A stretch of DNA of 47,518 nt from Nitrososphaera sp. (GCA_035253605.1 DATFBV010000118.1:1-47518); one strand, 5' to 3'; positions 19,878 to 31,983 are shown, numbered from the stretch's first letter. Numbers and translations: made by a program. Notes: a model not told the origin generated them from the letters alone.

Positions 19878-20152
19878 CTCTAAACTGCCAAAACGTTCTC
19901 TCGCGTGGGATCGTGGGCCTTGAGGCAAAAATACTTGAATCTTCTGATTCAACTTTACAGGGCATCGTTGGCACAATTGTATTCGAAACGAAGAATACAT
20001 TATTCATAAGGAAAGGTTCTCTTGTCAGACAGGTAGCAAAAAGAGTGGCAAAAAGGTTACAACTTCAGACACGTTCTTGCGCTTGCTTTATAAGTGGTTC
20101 TGCATTGATAGGAAGACCTGAGGATCGTATTTCACGCTTAAACAATGGGTGA
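19874..20152 (+). CDS. rnp1: ribonuclease P protein component 1 (Rpp29/POP4)
   Basis: GIVGTIVFETKNT and LIGRPEDRI motifs; conserved position before S17. Confidence 0.9.
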   Translation: MTLNCQNVLSRGIVGLEAKILESSDSTLQGIVGTIVFETKNTLFIRKGSLVRQVAKRVAKRLQLQTRSCACFISGSALIGRPEDRISRLNNG

Positions 20153-20163
20153 TATGGCAAATT

Positions 20164-20505
20164 ATGGTTAGAAACATTGGTGTCTCAGTAGCTTCCCCTC
20201 GGAAGGCTTGTGAAGACGAGTTCTGTCCATTCCATGGTAGGCTGTCCATAAGAGGAAAATTGTTGACAGGCATTGTATCAAGTGCGCAGGCACCCAAAAT
20301 GGTCGTAGTATCAAGGGAATACCCTCGAGGAGTTGCAAAATACAAGCGTTTTCAGAGAAGCAAATCAAAAGTACATGCGTACCTTCCGTCCTGCCTCGAG
20401 GTTAAAGAGGGTGAGGAAGTAAGGATTGCAGAGTGCAGGCGACTTGCTAAGACAGTTTCATTTGTAGTGATTGAGGTGAACACAAAGGATGGCGGCAGGG
20501 GCTAA
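20164..20505 (+). CDS. rps17: 30S ribosomal protein S17
   Basis: CPFHG, KYKRF and ECRRLAKT motifs. Confidence 0.96.
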   Translation: MVRNIGVSVASPRKACEDEFCPFHGRLSIRGKLLTGIVSSAQAPKMVVVSREYPRGVAKYKRFQRSKSKVHAYLPSCLEVKEGEEVRIAECRRLAKTVSFVVIEVNTKDGGRG

Positions 20506-20929
20506 GTCAAGAGCAGTCTCTGCGAAGGGAGTCGAAGAGTTCCGTCCTTATATTACAAGGGCGATTCCAGTAACCGCAAGCTTAGTATGCACTGACAATA
20601 CTGGTGCGAAGATATTGCGCATTGCGCAAGTGACTAGGTACAAAGGAAGGCACTCTAGGCAGCCTGCAGCAGCAGTTGGAGATTTCGTTACTGTGACTGT
20701 CAAGAAAGGTCCAGCAGAGTTGCGTAAGCAGATTTTTGGTGCAGTTATCGTCAGGCAGAAGTATCCAATAAGGAGGCTTAACGGAGTGCGTATAGCCTTT
20801 GAGGACAATGCAGCAGTTCTTGTGACGCAGGAAGGCGAAATCAAAGGAACAGACATTAAGGGACCAGTAGCATCAGAGGCTGCGGAGAAGTGGCCAAGAA
20901 TAGCCAACTTGGCGGGCATGATAGTATAG
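20489..20929 (+). CDS. rpl14: 50S ribosomal protein L14
   Basis: DNTGAK, FEDNAAV and GPVASE motifs. Confidence 0.97.
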   Translation: MAAGAKSRAVSAKGVEEFRPYITRAIPVTASLVCTDNTGAKILRIAQVTRYKGRHSRQPAAAVGDFVTVTVKKGPAELRKQIFGAVIVRQKYPIRRLNGVRIAFEDNAAVLVTQEGEIKGTDIKGPVASEAAEKWPRIANLAGMIV

Positions 20930-21352
20930 GTGAAAATTATGACAGGTATTAATCCGAAATTAATCCACGTACCTAAGCACCAGCGTGATAAGATGGTTGG
21001 TGCTGTACTAGAAGAGTCTCTACGCAAACAGTATGGAAGAAAGAACATACGCGTTGTCAAGGGTGATTCTGTGAGGGTAATGCGCGGAGAATACAAGGGA
21101 GTAGAAGGAAAAGTTGAAAGTGTAAACACTGAAGATGGGAGATTTCACATTGAAGGTATCCAGAGAGAAAAAATTCGTGGAGGTCAAGTCAAAGTACCAA
21201 TTCATTCTTCAAATGTGATGGTTATTTCTCTGAATCTTGACGACGACTATAGATCTAGTAGGCTCCAAGGAGCAACCAATAAGGGAGAGCCAGCGGCCTC
21301 TTCAGAAAAAAAGGAAGAAAAAGAGAAGAAAAAAGAGGAAGAAAATGAATAA
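20930..21352 (+). CDS. rpl24: 50S ribosomal protein L24
   Basis: KGDSVRVMRGEYKG KOW motif and IHSSNV. Confidence 0.95.
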   Translation: MKIMTGINPKLIHVPKHQRDKMVGAVLEESLRKQYGRKNIRVVKGDSVRVMRGEYKGVEGKVESVNTEDGRFHIEGIQREKIRGGQVKVPIHSSNVMVISLNLDDDYRSSRLQGATNKGEPAASSEKKEEKEKKKEEENE

Positions 21353-22065
21353 TGGGCAAGAAAGGCCGTGATACCAGAGTCAAAAGACAGCTAGCGCCTA
21401 TGTTCTGGACCATTAAGAGGAAAGAAGGTCGATTTGTGATGAGAGTCAACCCAGGTCCACACCCTGCGAAGACGTCCTATCCTCTAGGCATAGTCTTACG
21501 TGATGTGCTCAAGGTTGCAAGCACAGGATATGAAGTCGACAGGATTTTAAAGGCCCAAAAGGTCAAAGTGGACGGAGTAATAAGACGCGATCCCAATTTC
21601 GCTATTGGACTGATGGACGTAGTGGAGCTGTCGATGGGCCAAGCATACAGAATGGTCCCAAAGAATGGAGTCTTATTGTCTCCAATTGCAATTGACGAGG
21701 CAGAAAAAGGATTGAAGCTAATCAAGATTACAAGCAAGACTAGTATTAAGGGTAAAAAAATGCAATACGGCTTCCATGACAGCAAGACACTCATAAGTGA
21801 CCAAAATCTGAAGGTTGGTGACACTTGCGTTGTCAATTTCCCGGCGGCCAATATCAATAGTCATATTGCTTTTGAAAAGGGCGCTACAGCACTTATCATC
21901 ACAGGCGAAAATGCTGGCGCTGTGGGTAAGATCGAAGACATCCAGGACGGGGTATTCTCCCTGCCAAAGCGAGCACTTGTTTCGTTTGAAGATAAATCAG
22001 TAGAACTGCCCGTTGAGATGGTAATGGCGGTCGGAACTGACAGACCGGTGATTAAGGTGAGTTAA
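21352..22065 (+). CDS. rps4e: 30S ribosomal protein S4e
   Basis: KRQLAP, PGPH, VKVDG and GLMDV motifs. Confidence 0.96.
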   Translation: MGKKGRDTRVKRQLAPMFWTIKRKEGRFVMRVNPGPHPAKTSYPLGIVLRDVLKVASTGYEVDRILKAQKVKVDGVIRRDPNFAIGLMDVVELSMGQAYRMVPKNGVLLSPIAIDEAEKGLKLIKITSKTSIKGKKMQYGFHDSKTLISDQNLKVGDTCVVNFPAANINSHIAFEKGATALIITGENAGAVGKIEDIQDGVFSLPKRALVSFEDKSVELPVEMVMAVGTDRPVIKVS

Positions 22066-22066
22066 G

Positions 22067-22597
22067 TTGAGCAAGCAACAAATACAGCATCAACATGACA
22101 TGAAAAGGATAACCGTACATAAGGTAGTGATTAACGTCGGAGTCGGCAGGTCCGGCGAGCCGATAGACAAAGCAAAGAACGCTCTGTTTGAGCTAACAAA
22201 TCAACAGCCAGCTGTACGGGGGGCTAAAAAGACTGTGAGGGACTTTGGTATTCACAAGGGTGAGCCCATAGGGGTAGTCGTAACCCTTAGGCGAGCACCG
22301 GCAATCGAATTTCTAAAACGTGTAATAGCTGCAAAGAGGAATGTGCTCAAGGCATCATCATTTGATAATTATGGAAATATCTCTCTAGGCATACATGAGC
22401 ACATTGACATCCCAGGTACAAAGTACAATCCTGAGATCGGCATCTTTGGCATGGACGTTAATATTGTGCTAAATAGACCCGGATATAGGATCGCGACGAA
22501 GAGCAGAAGGAACGCTAAGATAGGCAAGACACACAGGATAAACAAGGAAGAGGCAATAGAGTTCTTTAAACAGGAATATGGAGTAGAGGTCGAATAA
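22067..22597 (+). CDS. rpl5: 50S ribosomal protein L5
   Basis: [16 protein letters not shown] and GIFGMDV motifs. Confidence 0.97.
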   Translation: MSKQQIQHQHDMKRITVHKVVINVGVGRSGEPIDKAKNALFELTNQQPAVRGAKKTVRDFGIHKGEPIGVVVTLRRAPAIEFLKRVIAAKRNVLKASSFDNYGNISLGIHEHIDIPGTKYNPEIGIFGMDVNIVLNRPGYRIATKSRRNAKIGKTHRINKEEAIEFFKQEYGVEVE

Positions 22598-22601
22598 ACG
22601 A

Positions 22602-22781
22602 ATGCCGAAGCCGAGAGAGTACGAATTTACGGGAAGAAAAAAGCTTTCCCATGGAAAAGGGGGAAGGTGGTGCAAACGGTGTGGTTCATATAATGGACTG
22701 ATACGCACATACAACTTGATGCTTTGCAGACAGTGCTTCAGAGAAGTTGCCAATAGTATAGGATTTACCAAGTACGAATAG
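22602..22781 (+). CDS. rps14: 30S ribosomal protein S14, zinc-binding type (59 aa, not in the ORF track)
   Basis: Manual translation ...[37 protein letters not shown], between L5 and S8. Confidence 0.96.
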   Translation: MPKPREYEFTGRKKLSHGKGGRWCKRCGSYNGLIRTYNLMLCRQCFREVANSIGFTKYE

Positions 22782-22797
22782 GTGAAGAAAGAGAAAA

Positions 22798-23190
22798 ATG
22801 CCAGCATTAAATGTTCTATCCAACCTCTTTACAACCATATACAATAACGAATCGAGAAGAAAAAGGGAGTGCATAGTAGTTCCTGCATCCAAGTTTGCGA
22901 GTGAAGTACTTCGAGTAATGCAGAAACATCGCTATATCGGGGAGTTTGAACAAATTGACGACGGACGAGCCGGCAAGTTTAGAATTCAGCTTTTAGCCAA
23001 GATAAACAAGTGTGGCATAGTTACGCCACGATTTTCAGTTAAAAAGAACGGATACTTTGGTTGGGAAAGACAGTTTCTGCCCGCGTACACGATGGGCATA
23101 CTTCTTGTTTCCACCAGCAAAGGGATTATGTCTCACCATGAAGCGCAAGCCCAGAACCTCGGAGGGGTTTTAGTTGGTTATGTCTACTAA
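22798..23190 (+). CDS. rps8: 30S ribosomal protein S8
   Basis: YIGEFEQIDDGRAG, INKCG and STSKGIMSH motifs. Confidence 0.97.
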   Translation: MPALNVLSNLFTTIYNNESRRKRECIVVPASKFASEVLRVMQKHRYIGEFEQIDDGRAGKFRIQLLAKINKCGIVTPRFSVKKNGYFGWERQFLPAYTMGILLVSTSKGIMSHHEAQAQNLGGVLVGYVY

Positions 23191-23728
23191 GCAGGAAATA
23201 AGAGCAGAAGTTGAAGCTCCTGCTAGTGTCACGATAAGAAAGGAAGGCAACCTAATAGAGGTCCAGGGCAAACTTGGCAAAGTAAAGAAAGATCTGACAA
23301 AGCTTCCAGCCACAGTTACGGTAGAAGGCAACAAGATAACAATAAAACCCTATGGCACTCGAAAGCGCGACCTTGCTGTAACAAATACTGCACGCAGTTT
23401 ACTCACAGGAATGATAAAAGGCGTAGAGAAAGGCTATACATATAAGCTTAAGATCATATTTGCTCACTTTCCAATCTCTGTCAAAGTAAAGGGCAAGGAG
23501 GTATATGTCGAGAACTTTTTTGGCGAAAGGTCGGCAAGGATTTCTAAAATAATAGGTGACGCCACTAAGGTAAGTGTCGTGGGGGAGGATGTAGTCATAC
23601 AAGGTCCTAGCCTAGAGGATGTTTCCCAGACGGCTGCCAATATTGAACTATCAACTAAGACAAAAGGAAAAGACCAGCGAGTATTCCTCGACGGGCTTTA
23701 CATATACTCTAAAGGAGAAGGTTTATAG
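23180..23728 (+). CDS. rpl6: 50S ribosomal protein L6
   Basis: AHFPISV, NFFGER and DQRVFLDGLY motifs. Confidence 0.97.
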   Translation: MSTKQEIRAEVEAPASVTIRKEGNLIEVQGKLGKVKKDLTKLPATVTVEGNKITIKPYGTRKRDLAVTNTARSLLTGMIKGVEKGYTYKLKIIFAHFPISVKVKGKEVYVENFFGERSARISKIIGDATKVSVVGEDVVIQGPSLEDVSQTAANIELSTKTKGKDQRVFLDGLYIYSKGEGL

Positions 23729-23783
23729 AATAAATAATCAAGCCCAAAGATTTATTTTGTCCTTGGATTTGCTGTAATAGTGC

Positions 23784-23890
23784 GCCGCTCTAGCTCAGCA
23801 TGGTAGAGCAAATTCACTGCGCGATATTGTGCTCTGAAGCTTAACTGGCTGTTAACCAGTGGGTCGTCAGTTCGAGTCTGACGAGCGGCG
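23784..23890 (+). tRNA. tRNA-Asn(GTT) with a 33-nt non-canonical intron (23812-23844, position 27/28)
   Basis: Acceptor stem GCCGCTC/GAGCGGC, D-arm GCTC/GAGC, anticodon arm ACTGG-CTGTTAA-CCAGT after splicing, T-arm GTCAG-TTCGAGT-CTGAC; BHB motif at the intron ends; no encoded CCA. Confidence 0.92.
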
Positions 23891-24008
23891 CTATGATTGT
23901 AATCATGATGGTTCTTTTTGGACTCGATTATAGGCTTTCGCCTAAAATGACAGACAGAGCTGAACGGGTTTCTGACCCAATATTTCAAAAATCGAGTTGT
24001 GAAATATT

Positions 24009-24368
24009 TTATATCGAAATTATATCAAGGGCAATCGCGTCAGCAAGCAAATCGAGGTGACGGCTTGCAACCACATAACCATTCTTGACATCGCTTGAAG
24101 CAAGCCAGCGATTCGATGAACTAAAGAGTCTTTCTTTTCTTATCCTCTTTTCAATCTCCTCTACGTCAAGCTCCTTCTCTTCAACTTCTTCAGTGTCGTT
24201 GTATTTTATAGTCAAAAGTACCTTTTGGACTAGCATCCTACGCCCAAAGCGCTGTGAAAAATCACGAGCATTTTCGTCGATTTGAATTATTTTGATTTTG
24301 ATTTGCAGCCTATTGAGAGCATCGCGACTTGTAAGGAGCCTCTCGTCTACGAACCGGTCATAACTCAT
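24009..24368 (-). CDS. hypothetical protein
   Basis: Charged globular-looking ORF; ATG24368 preferred. Confidence 0.7.
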   Translation of the reverse strand: MSYDRFVDERLLTSRDALNRLQIKIKIIQIDENARDFSQRFGRRMLVQKVLLTIKYNDTEEVEEKELDVEEIEKRIRKERLFSSSNRWLASSDVKNGYVVASRHLDLLADAIALDIISI

Positions 24369-24410
24369 ATGTATACATCCTAAAGGGTAATTCACTTGCG
24401 TATATTAATG

Positions 24411-24728
24411 TCAGTCCTTGGTTGGTTCAAAAAGGTAATACGGGGACCCATCACGGGTTATGCCACACTTCACCATTTTCACCTTTAGGCCTTCTCTCAA
24501 TTCAAGCGTCTCAAACGCCCCAATGAGTCTAATTCCTGACATTTCAACAAGACCATAGCAACCCTCCGTGCCTTTGAGATATGACTGTGTAAAATGCATC
24601 AACGTTCCGGTCGTATCAATAATTTCAAGTGATGTCTTTGAAAGACATCGAGGGCAATGATTAGTGGGTGGCCAGACTTTCGCCTTACAGGAGGTGCATA
24701 TTGGCAGCCGAAATTCACCTTTATTCAA
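24411..24728 (-). CDS. DUF35-type Zn-ribbon/OB-fold protein (thiolase partner)
   Basis: CTSC...WPP...CPRC followed by an OB-fold-like region; directly downstream of the thiolase. A CTG start at 24749 is possible. Confidence 0.85.
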   Translation of the reverse strand: MNKGEFRLPICTSCKAKVWPPTNHCPRCLSKTSLEIIDTTGTLMHFTQSYLKGTEGCYGLVEMSGIRLIGAFETLELREGLKVKMVKCGITRDGSPYYLFEPTKD

Positions 24729-24755
24729 GCTATCAATGAAGTCTTGCAGAGATCA

Positions 24756-25853
24756 TCACACACCCATGACAATTACTGACGCTGAAGAGCCAGCTGCCGC
24801 TAGATTGTGAACAAGCCCGGTCTTGCAGTTGCTTACTTGCCGCTTTCCGGCTTTCCCAGCAAGTTGAGATGCAATTTCGGTAACTTGCGCTAGGCCGGTG
24901 GCACCAACGGGATGGCCGCATCCAATGATACCTCCTCTTGGGTTTATCGCTATTTGCTCTTGGTTGACGAATTTTCCTCCTTCACCCTTCTTTGCAAATC
25001 CTAGATCTTCATATGCCAAGATTTCAAGAATAGTAAATGCATCATGCAGTTCTGCTACATCTATCTCTGCTAGTTTTGTGTTAGACATTTCAAAAGCTCT
25101 ACGAGCGGCTAACTTGGCCGCCTCAATTGTTGTCAGGTCATCTGTCGCTCTTGCGAAGCTGGCTGAAGTTGTCTGTTGACCTATTCCCTTTATGAAGACA
25201 GGGTTGTCGATGCTATGTGCTTTTTCTTCCGACACTAATAGTATAGCAGAGGCGCCCTCGCACGGGGCAGAACAATCTAGTAGTTTGATAGGCGAGGCTA
25301 TCTTTTTTGAGTTCATCACTTCTTCTAGGGCAACCTCCTTTCCAAAAAGCGCGAGAGGATTTTTAGTGGCATTTTTATGGTTCTTAACGGAAACCATAGC
25401 CATCTGTTCTTCTGTTGTGCCATATTTTCTCATGTGGGCTTTAGCAAAAATTGCAGCCCAATGTACCGGAAACATAAACGATCCTCGAGTGACGTCCCAT
25501 AACAGCTTGTTACCAGGACTGTCTACCTTTTCTGCGCCAACCACGAGTACCGAGTTACATAAGCCAGATGCAATAAGTGCAAAAGCAGAAGCCACAGCAT
25601 TAGTGCCTGAATTGCAGAGGTTGTCTATTCTATATGAAATCCTTGGGCGTATACCAAGCATTTCAGATATTATGGAAGAGCTGTACTGGTCTGTCGCACA
25701 GCTAGAAAATAATACAGCCTCAATTTCCTTTGCAGAAATGCCGCTCTCCCTAATTAGCTGTACTGAAGTCTCGCAGGCGAGCTCAAATAAAGACATCTTT
25801 GAGCCTTTGGTAAATGTTGAGGTTGCCCATGAGGATACTGCTACCTTGCGCAT
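24756..25853 (-). CDS. thiolase family protein (acetyl-CoA C-acyltransferase, archaeal/SCP2-like)
   Basis: LCNSG nucleophile, NHKNA..NP, ELHDAF and GHPVGATG motifs. Confidence 0.92.
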   Translation of the reverse strand: MRKVAVSSWATSTFTKGSKMSLFELACETSVQLIRESGISAKEIEAVLFSSCATDQYSSSIISEMLGIRPRISYRIDNLCNSGTNAVASAFALIASGLCNSVLVVGAEKVDSPGNKLLWDVTRGSFMFPVHWAAIFAKAHMRKYGTTEEQMAMVSVKNHKNATKNPLALFGKEVALEEVMNSKKIASPIKLLDCSAPCEGASAILLVSEEKAHSIDNPVFIKGIGQQTTSASFARATDDLTTIEAAKLAARRAFEMSNTKLAEIDVAELHDAFTILEILAYEDLGFAKKGEGGKFVNQEQIAINPRGGIIGCGHPVGATGLAQVTEIASQLAGKAGKRQVSNCKTGLVHNLAAAGSSASVIVMGV

Positions 25854-25854
25854 T

Positions 25855-26835
25855 TTAGAAGGCTGATATCATCTCCTTAAATGAGCTTTCTGCGTCTCCA
25901 ACAGGGTTAAATTGGAGAATGGGCAGAGTAATTCCTGTAGAAAGAAATTTTGAAAGTGATTCTCTACACTCTTCGGAAGTACCGCAAATTACAAGCGAGC
26001 TTAGCATTCTGTCAGAAACAAATTTAGCTGCACTTTCTACACCTGCATTTTTGTATTGTGAAGTTATCTCATCAACTTCAGTCTTGAAGCCATTTTCTTT
26101 AAGAAAATTGCGGTAATACCTTCCGGCAGCGATATAAAATGCAAGAGTAGTTGCTGCACGATGTCTGGCTTTTTCTGGGTCCTTATTTGATACCGCGCAT
26201 ATAAATGAGCAAGCAATTTCAAAGCTCCTCCGCTCTGTAGCGTGCTTTAATTCAGCTGCAGTTCTTTTCAACTCCTCAAGCGGCCTCAAATATAATAATA
26301 TACCATCTGCAAGTTCAGATGCCATAGATATCATTTTTTTGTTTACAGCAGCCATGAAAATAGGAATATGCGTTCTTTGGGGCTGGTGCAATATTTTAAA
26401 ATTGTTTATTTTAAAAAATTTGCCCTCATATACTACCTTGTCGCCTTTGGTTATGAGCCTAAGACATTCAATGTATTCTTTCATTCGGCTGGCAGGCCTA
26501 TCGAATTGAACACCGTGCCAGTTCTCAACAATAGCTTCAGTGCTTGCTCCAAGACCTATAATTACCCTATTTTCTGAAAGCATGTCAAGGCTGGTAGCCG
26601 CCATAGCAACAGTTGCTGGCGTCCTTGAATAAATACTAACAATAGATGTCCCGAGGCGTACTTTATTGGTTATCTGAGACATGGCGCCCAGAGTTGAAAA
26701 TGATTCTCGACCCCAGGATTCTGGAACCCATAATGAGTCAACAATTTCTTGCTGATCAGCCATTTTGGCGCAAAGGAGAATCTCGTTCATGGATAATAGC
26801 GGACCGAGACTGTATCCCAGCTTTTCAACAGTCAT
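25855..26835 (-). CDS. LLM-class (probably F420-dependent) oxidoreductase
   Basis: WVPESWGRE, RLGTSIV, RTPA..AM, GLGAS and ADG motifs. Confidence 0.88.
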   Translation of the reverse strand: MTVEKLGYSLGPLLSMNEILLCAKMADQQEIVDSLWVPESWGRESFSTLGAMSQITNKVRLGTSIVSIYSRTPATVAMAATSLDMLSENRVIIGLGASTEAIVENWHGVQFDRPASRMKEYIECLRLITKGDKVVYEGKFFKINNFKILHQPQRTHIPIFMAAVNKKMISMASELADGILLYLRPLEELKRTAAELKHATERRSFEIACSFICAVSNKDPEKARHRAATTLAFYIAAGRYYRNFLKENGFKTEVDEITSQYKNAGVESAAKFVSDRMLSSLVICGTSEECRESLSKFLSTGITLPILQFNPVGDAESSFKEMISAF

Positions 26836-27518
26836 AATAATTTTGCTTCCCTAATCTCTTGGGATGCCTCTTCAATGTCCTTATGGGAATCAATTGAACG
26901 CCAGAAAACATGCTTGTATCTAACAGCTTGAAGCTTTCCATCTTTTGCAAGCCCTGGAAGAGCAGTAACTTCGATATTGCCTTCTTGAGGGAGATAACTA
27001 AAAACTTCTGAAGTGAATCGATATAAGCCAGCATTGATCCACTTGTCTGAGATTTGCGGTTTTTCAATAAATCCACGGACCTTAGAATTCACATCGAGTT
27101 CAACTACTCCAAAGGGACTTCGGAGAGGAACGACAGCAAGGACGTTTGGGTTTGTACTATCCAATAATCTATTTGGATCAAGCTCTGTAAGGACATCTCC
27201 GTTTAATACGAAAAAAGAATCCTGGCCAGAAAGTAATTCTTTAGAGTTCAAAAGCGCACCGCCGGTGCCTAGTGCCTTCTCCTCGAATGAATACTGGATT
27301 CGAGAATCAAATCTTGCGCCATTGCCCATATGGTCAACTATCATCTCTTTCATGTATCCCGCGCATATTACAAATTCTTTGATGCCGAATCTCCGGAGCC
27401 ATCGTACCTGCCATTCAATAATGGGAATATTAAGAACCTCTATCATTGGCTTCGGTCTCGTGTCGGTTAGCGGCTTTAGCCTTTTTCCAAAACCGCCTGC
27501 AAGAATCACTGTCTTCAT
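26832..27518 (-). CDS. sugar-phosphate nucleotidyltransferase
   Basis: ILAGGFGKRLKPLT..PKPM, LGTGG, NGD, EKP and INAG motifs; ATG27518 preferred over the track start 27755. Confidence 0.92.
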   Translation of the reverse strand: MKTVILAGGFGKRLKPLTDTRPKPMIEVLNIPIIEWQVRWLRRFGIKEFVICAGYMKEMIVDHMGNGARFDSRIQYSFEEKALGTGGALLNSKELLSGQDSFFVLNGDVLTELDPNRLLDSTNPNVLAVVPLRSPFGVVELDVNSKVRGFIEKPQISDKWINAGLYRFTSEVFSYLPQEGNIEVTALPGLAKDGKLQAVRYKHVFWRSIDSHKDIEEASQEIREAKLL

Positions 27519-27720
27519 GACACCAATAGGTTTGCCAAGATTGTATAAAATGTTACTCGCTACATATATGCTTGCTGAGATTCTCAAGTTATTTTGCTTA
27601 ATTGCATGTAAAGGCCTGGTTGTACCCGTTGATGTGGTTGCTCTCTGTATCGAGTCCTTTATTGAGGGTTCTTGCTTGATGAGTCCCTGTCGTGTCAAGA
27701 TAAGAGGAACTGAATTTTTT

Positions 27721-28149
27721 TCATTTCTGAGCTGGCTCTTTCCTCCTTGAAGCAAGTATTTTTCTGTCTGTTGAAAGCTTCCAAGCGCCTAGTCCTATTA
27801 AGAGTGCTCCCATTGCTATTGTGGAGCCGATCGAGCGCAATATGCTTGAAGTATCTTCGGATGCTACTGAGACTTGTGCAACAAGTGCAATCATTCCTGC
27901 AATGATGAGACCGCCGTTGACAAATAAAAGCGCGGAAACAATAGGAGAATATTCGTTGCGCGCGATTACAAAGGCAATTATTGACATTATAACTGCGCTT
28001 CCTCCAAAGGCCACGCCCCTAATGGCCTCGTCAAAAGGTAAGAAACCTTGCCCTTGAGGAGAGAAGGATGCAACTCCAACGTCTGCTCCATAGACTAACA
28101 GGAGTATTAGCGAGGCTAGGAGTAGACCTGTGGCGACTCTCCGGGCCAT
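27721..28149 (-). CDS. membrane protein (about 4 TM segments)
   Basis: Hydrophobic segments begin at MARRVATGLLL; the track's upstream extension overlaps the opposite-strand gene. Confidence 0.7.
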   Translation of the reverse strand: MARRVATGLLLASLILLLVYGADVGVASFSPQGQGFLPFDEAIRGVAFGGSAVIMSIIAFVIARNEYSPIVSALLFVNGGLIIAGMIALVAQVSVASEDTSSILRSIGSTIAMGALLIGLGAWKLSTDRKILASRRKEPAQK

Positions 28150-28201
28150 ATAGACAATAATCCATGACAGATTTAATAAACCTAGCTTATACGCAGTATT
28201 T

Positions 28202-30801
<2,600 letters not shown>

Positions 30802-30810
<9 letters not shown>

Positions 30811-31395
30811 TTCTCGTAATTTCTTGTACAATGTAGCTTTTGACACACCTAGACTCTTGGCTATTTTTGTTTTTGAGTTATTTTCTGCAAGCATATTAAT
30901 GAGTTTATCTTTGTCGATTATCTTTTCGGGGCGACCGATGTCTTTCCCTGCAGCCTTGGCTCGGTCCATCCCATCCTTTGTCCTCTGCACTAGTAGTTCA
31001 CGCTCTCTCTCTGCAGCCCATGTCAGGATTCCGATCATAAGTTTTCTGATACTAGCTTCTGTTGTTTGGAGAAAAGATTCCCTAGGCGAGCATGAAATCA
31101 AAGAGGCATAACGCTCTACCGCCTTTATGGCGTCTAGCGTATCCCAGAAAGTTCTTCCAACTCGAGATAATTCATAAACCAAAACTGCGTCTACTCCAGT
31201 CATTTTTACCAGTTCAAGCATTTCCTGAAATCCTCGCCTTTGAGTAGCGGGAACCTTACCGCTTATTGCAGGATCTTCAAAAGAGTCAAGGATCAGGTAG
31301 CCGTTTCCTTGCGCCCATTTTTCGAGTGCAAGCTTCTGATTCTGGACAGTTTGTTCTTCTGTGCTTACGCGCAAATATGCAAAGGCATATTTCAT
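30802..31395 (-). CDS. serine recombinase, resolvase/invertase type (N-terminal catalytic domain, C-terminal HTH)
   Basis: YLRVSTEEQ catalytic Ser, SG..R, ELSRVGR, ERELLVQRTKDG, GRP and IAKSLGVSKATLY; ATG31395. Confidence 0.92.
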
Positions 31396-31442
31396 ATAAC
31401 ATCGTGAATGCTCCCCTATAACTGTCTCATTGTCAAAAAAAG

Positions 31443-31559
31443 TGTTCAAAAAGGGTTGATGGAATAAATGAACATTCAACCGTGCAGCTCCAAAAACTAA
31501 GAGTAAAAAAAAGGTACTCATTTTTGTACTGTATAGAAAGCGTTCCATTTTTGAACTGT
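31443..31559. repeat. cluster of imperfect inverted and direct repeats upstream of the recombinase (res-like)
   Basis: CATTTTTG(T/A)ACTGT at 31519-31532 and 31546-31559; GTTCAAAAA at 31444 is the reverse complement of TTTTTGAAC at 31548; AGTAAAAAAA...TTTTTGTACT dyad at 31502-31530. Confidence 0.4.
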
Positions 31560-31959
31560 TTTGCAATCTTCTACTATGTAACGAAAACCGCCATTTTCTG
31601 CTTTCCATACTTTACAAAAAATGATCTATCAACTCTTGGCTCTTTTTGGCCATCCAGAGCCCCCCTTTAATACTTTTTTTTGAAAAGTACGTAAACTTAT
31701 TGGATTCATAAAACAGGAATCTTTCTTCAAGAAGGTTCCTTTCTACTCGTAAACCTTTCGGATAACATCAGACAGATACAGCAGAATCAGTATCACAGAT
31801 TTGATTAGGTGTACAACCAGAAAGGTTTTGGCCAGTACCGGACGTAATAACCAACATGTTAAAGCCAGTGGCTGAATAATTAACAGGACATTGCTTGATT
31901 CCATACCTGAGAGTATTTTACTTCCGTCCAAGTACCGGACATATGAACTATGATAAAAC

Positions 31960-31983
31960 ATTTCTAAATTCGAATTTAGAAAT
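31960..31983. repeat. perfect 24-bp palindrome ATTTCTAAATTCGAATTTAGAAAT (copy 1)
   Basis: Read directly from the sequence; identical copy at 34170-34193. Confidence 0.9.

Noticed and set aside
23784-24400. tRNA-Asn as the attachment site of an integrated element
   Set aside because: No duplicate of the tRNA 3' end and no integrase were seen in the window, and the downstream genes look like core metabolism.
136-27750. Long antisense ORFs (for example 136-690, 17179-17724, 20548-21129, 25192-25866, 27013-27750)
   Set aside because: They are shadows of well-supported genes on the opposite strand and contain no recognisable motifs.
31743-31961. 72-aa ORF and the 10-bp repeat AGTACCGGAC (31834, 31931)
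   Set aside because: The ORF has no motif or other support, and the repeat is too short to interpret on its own.
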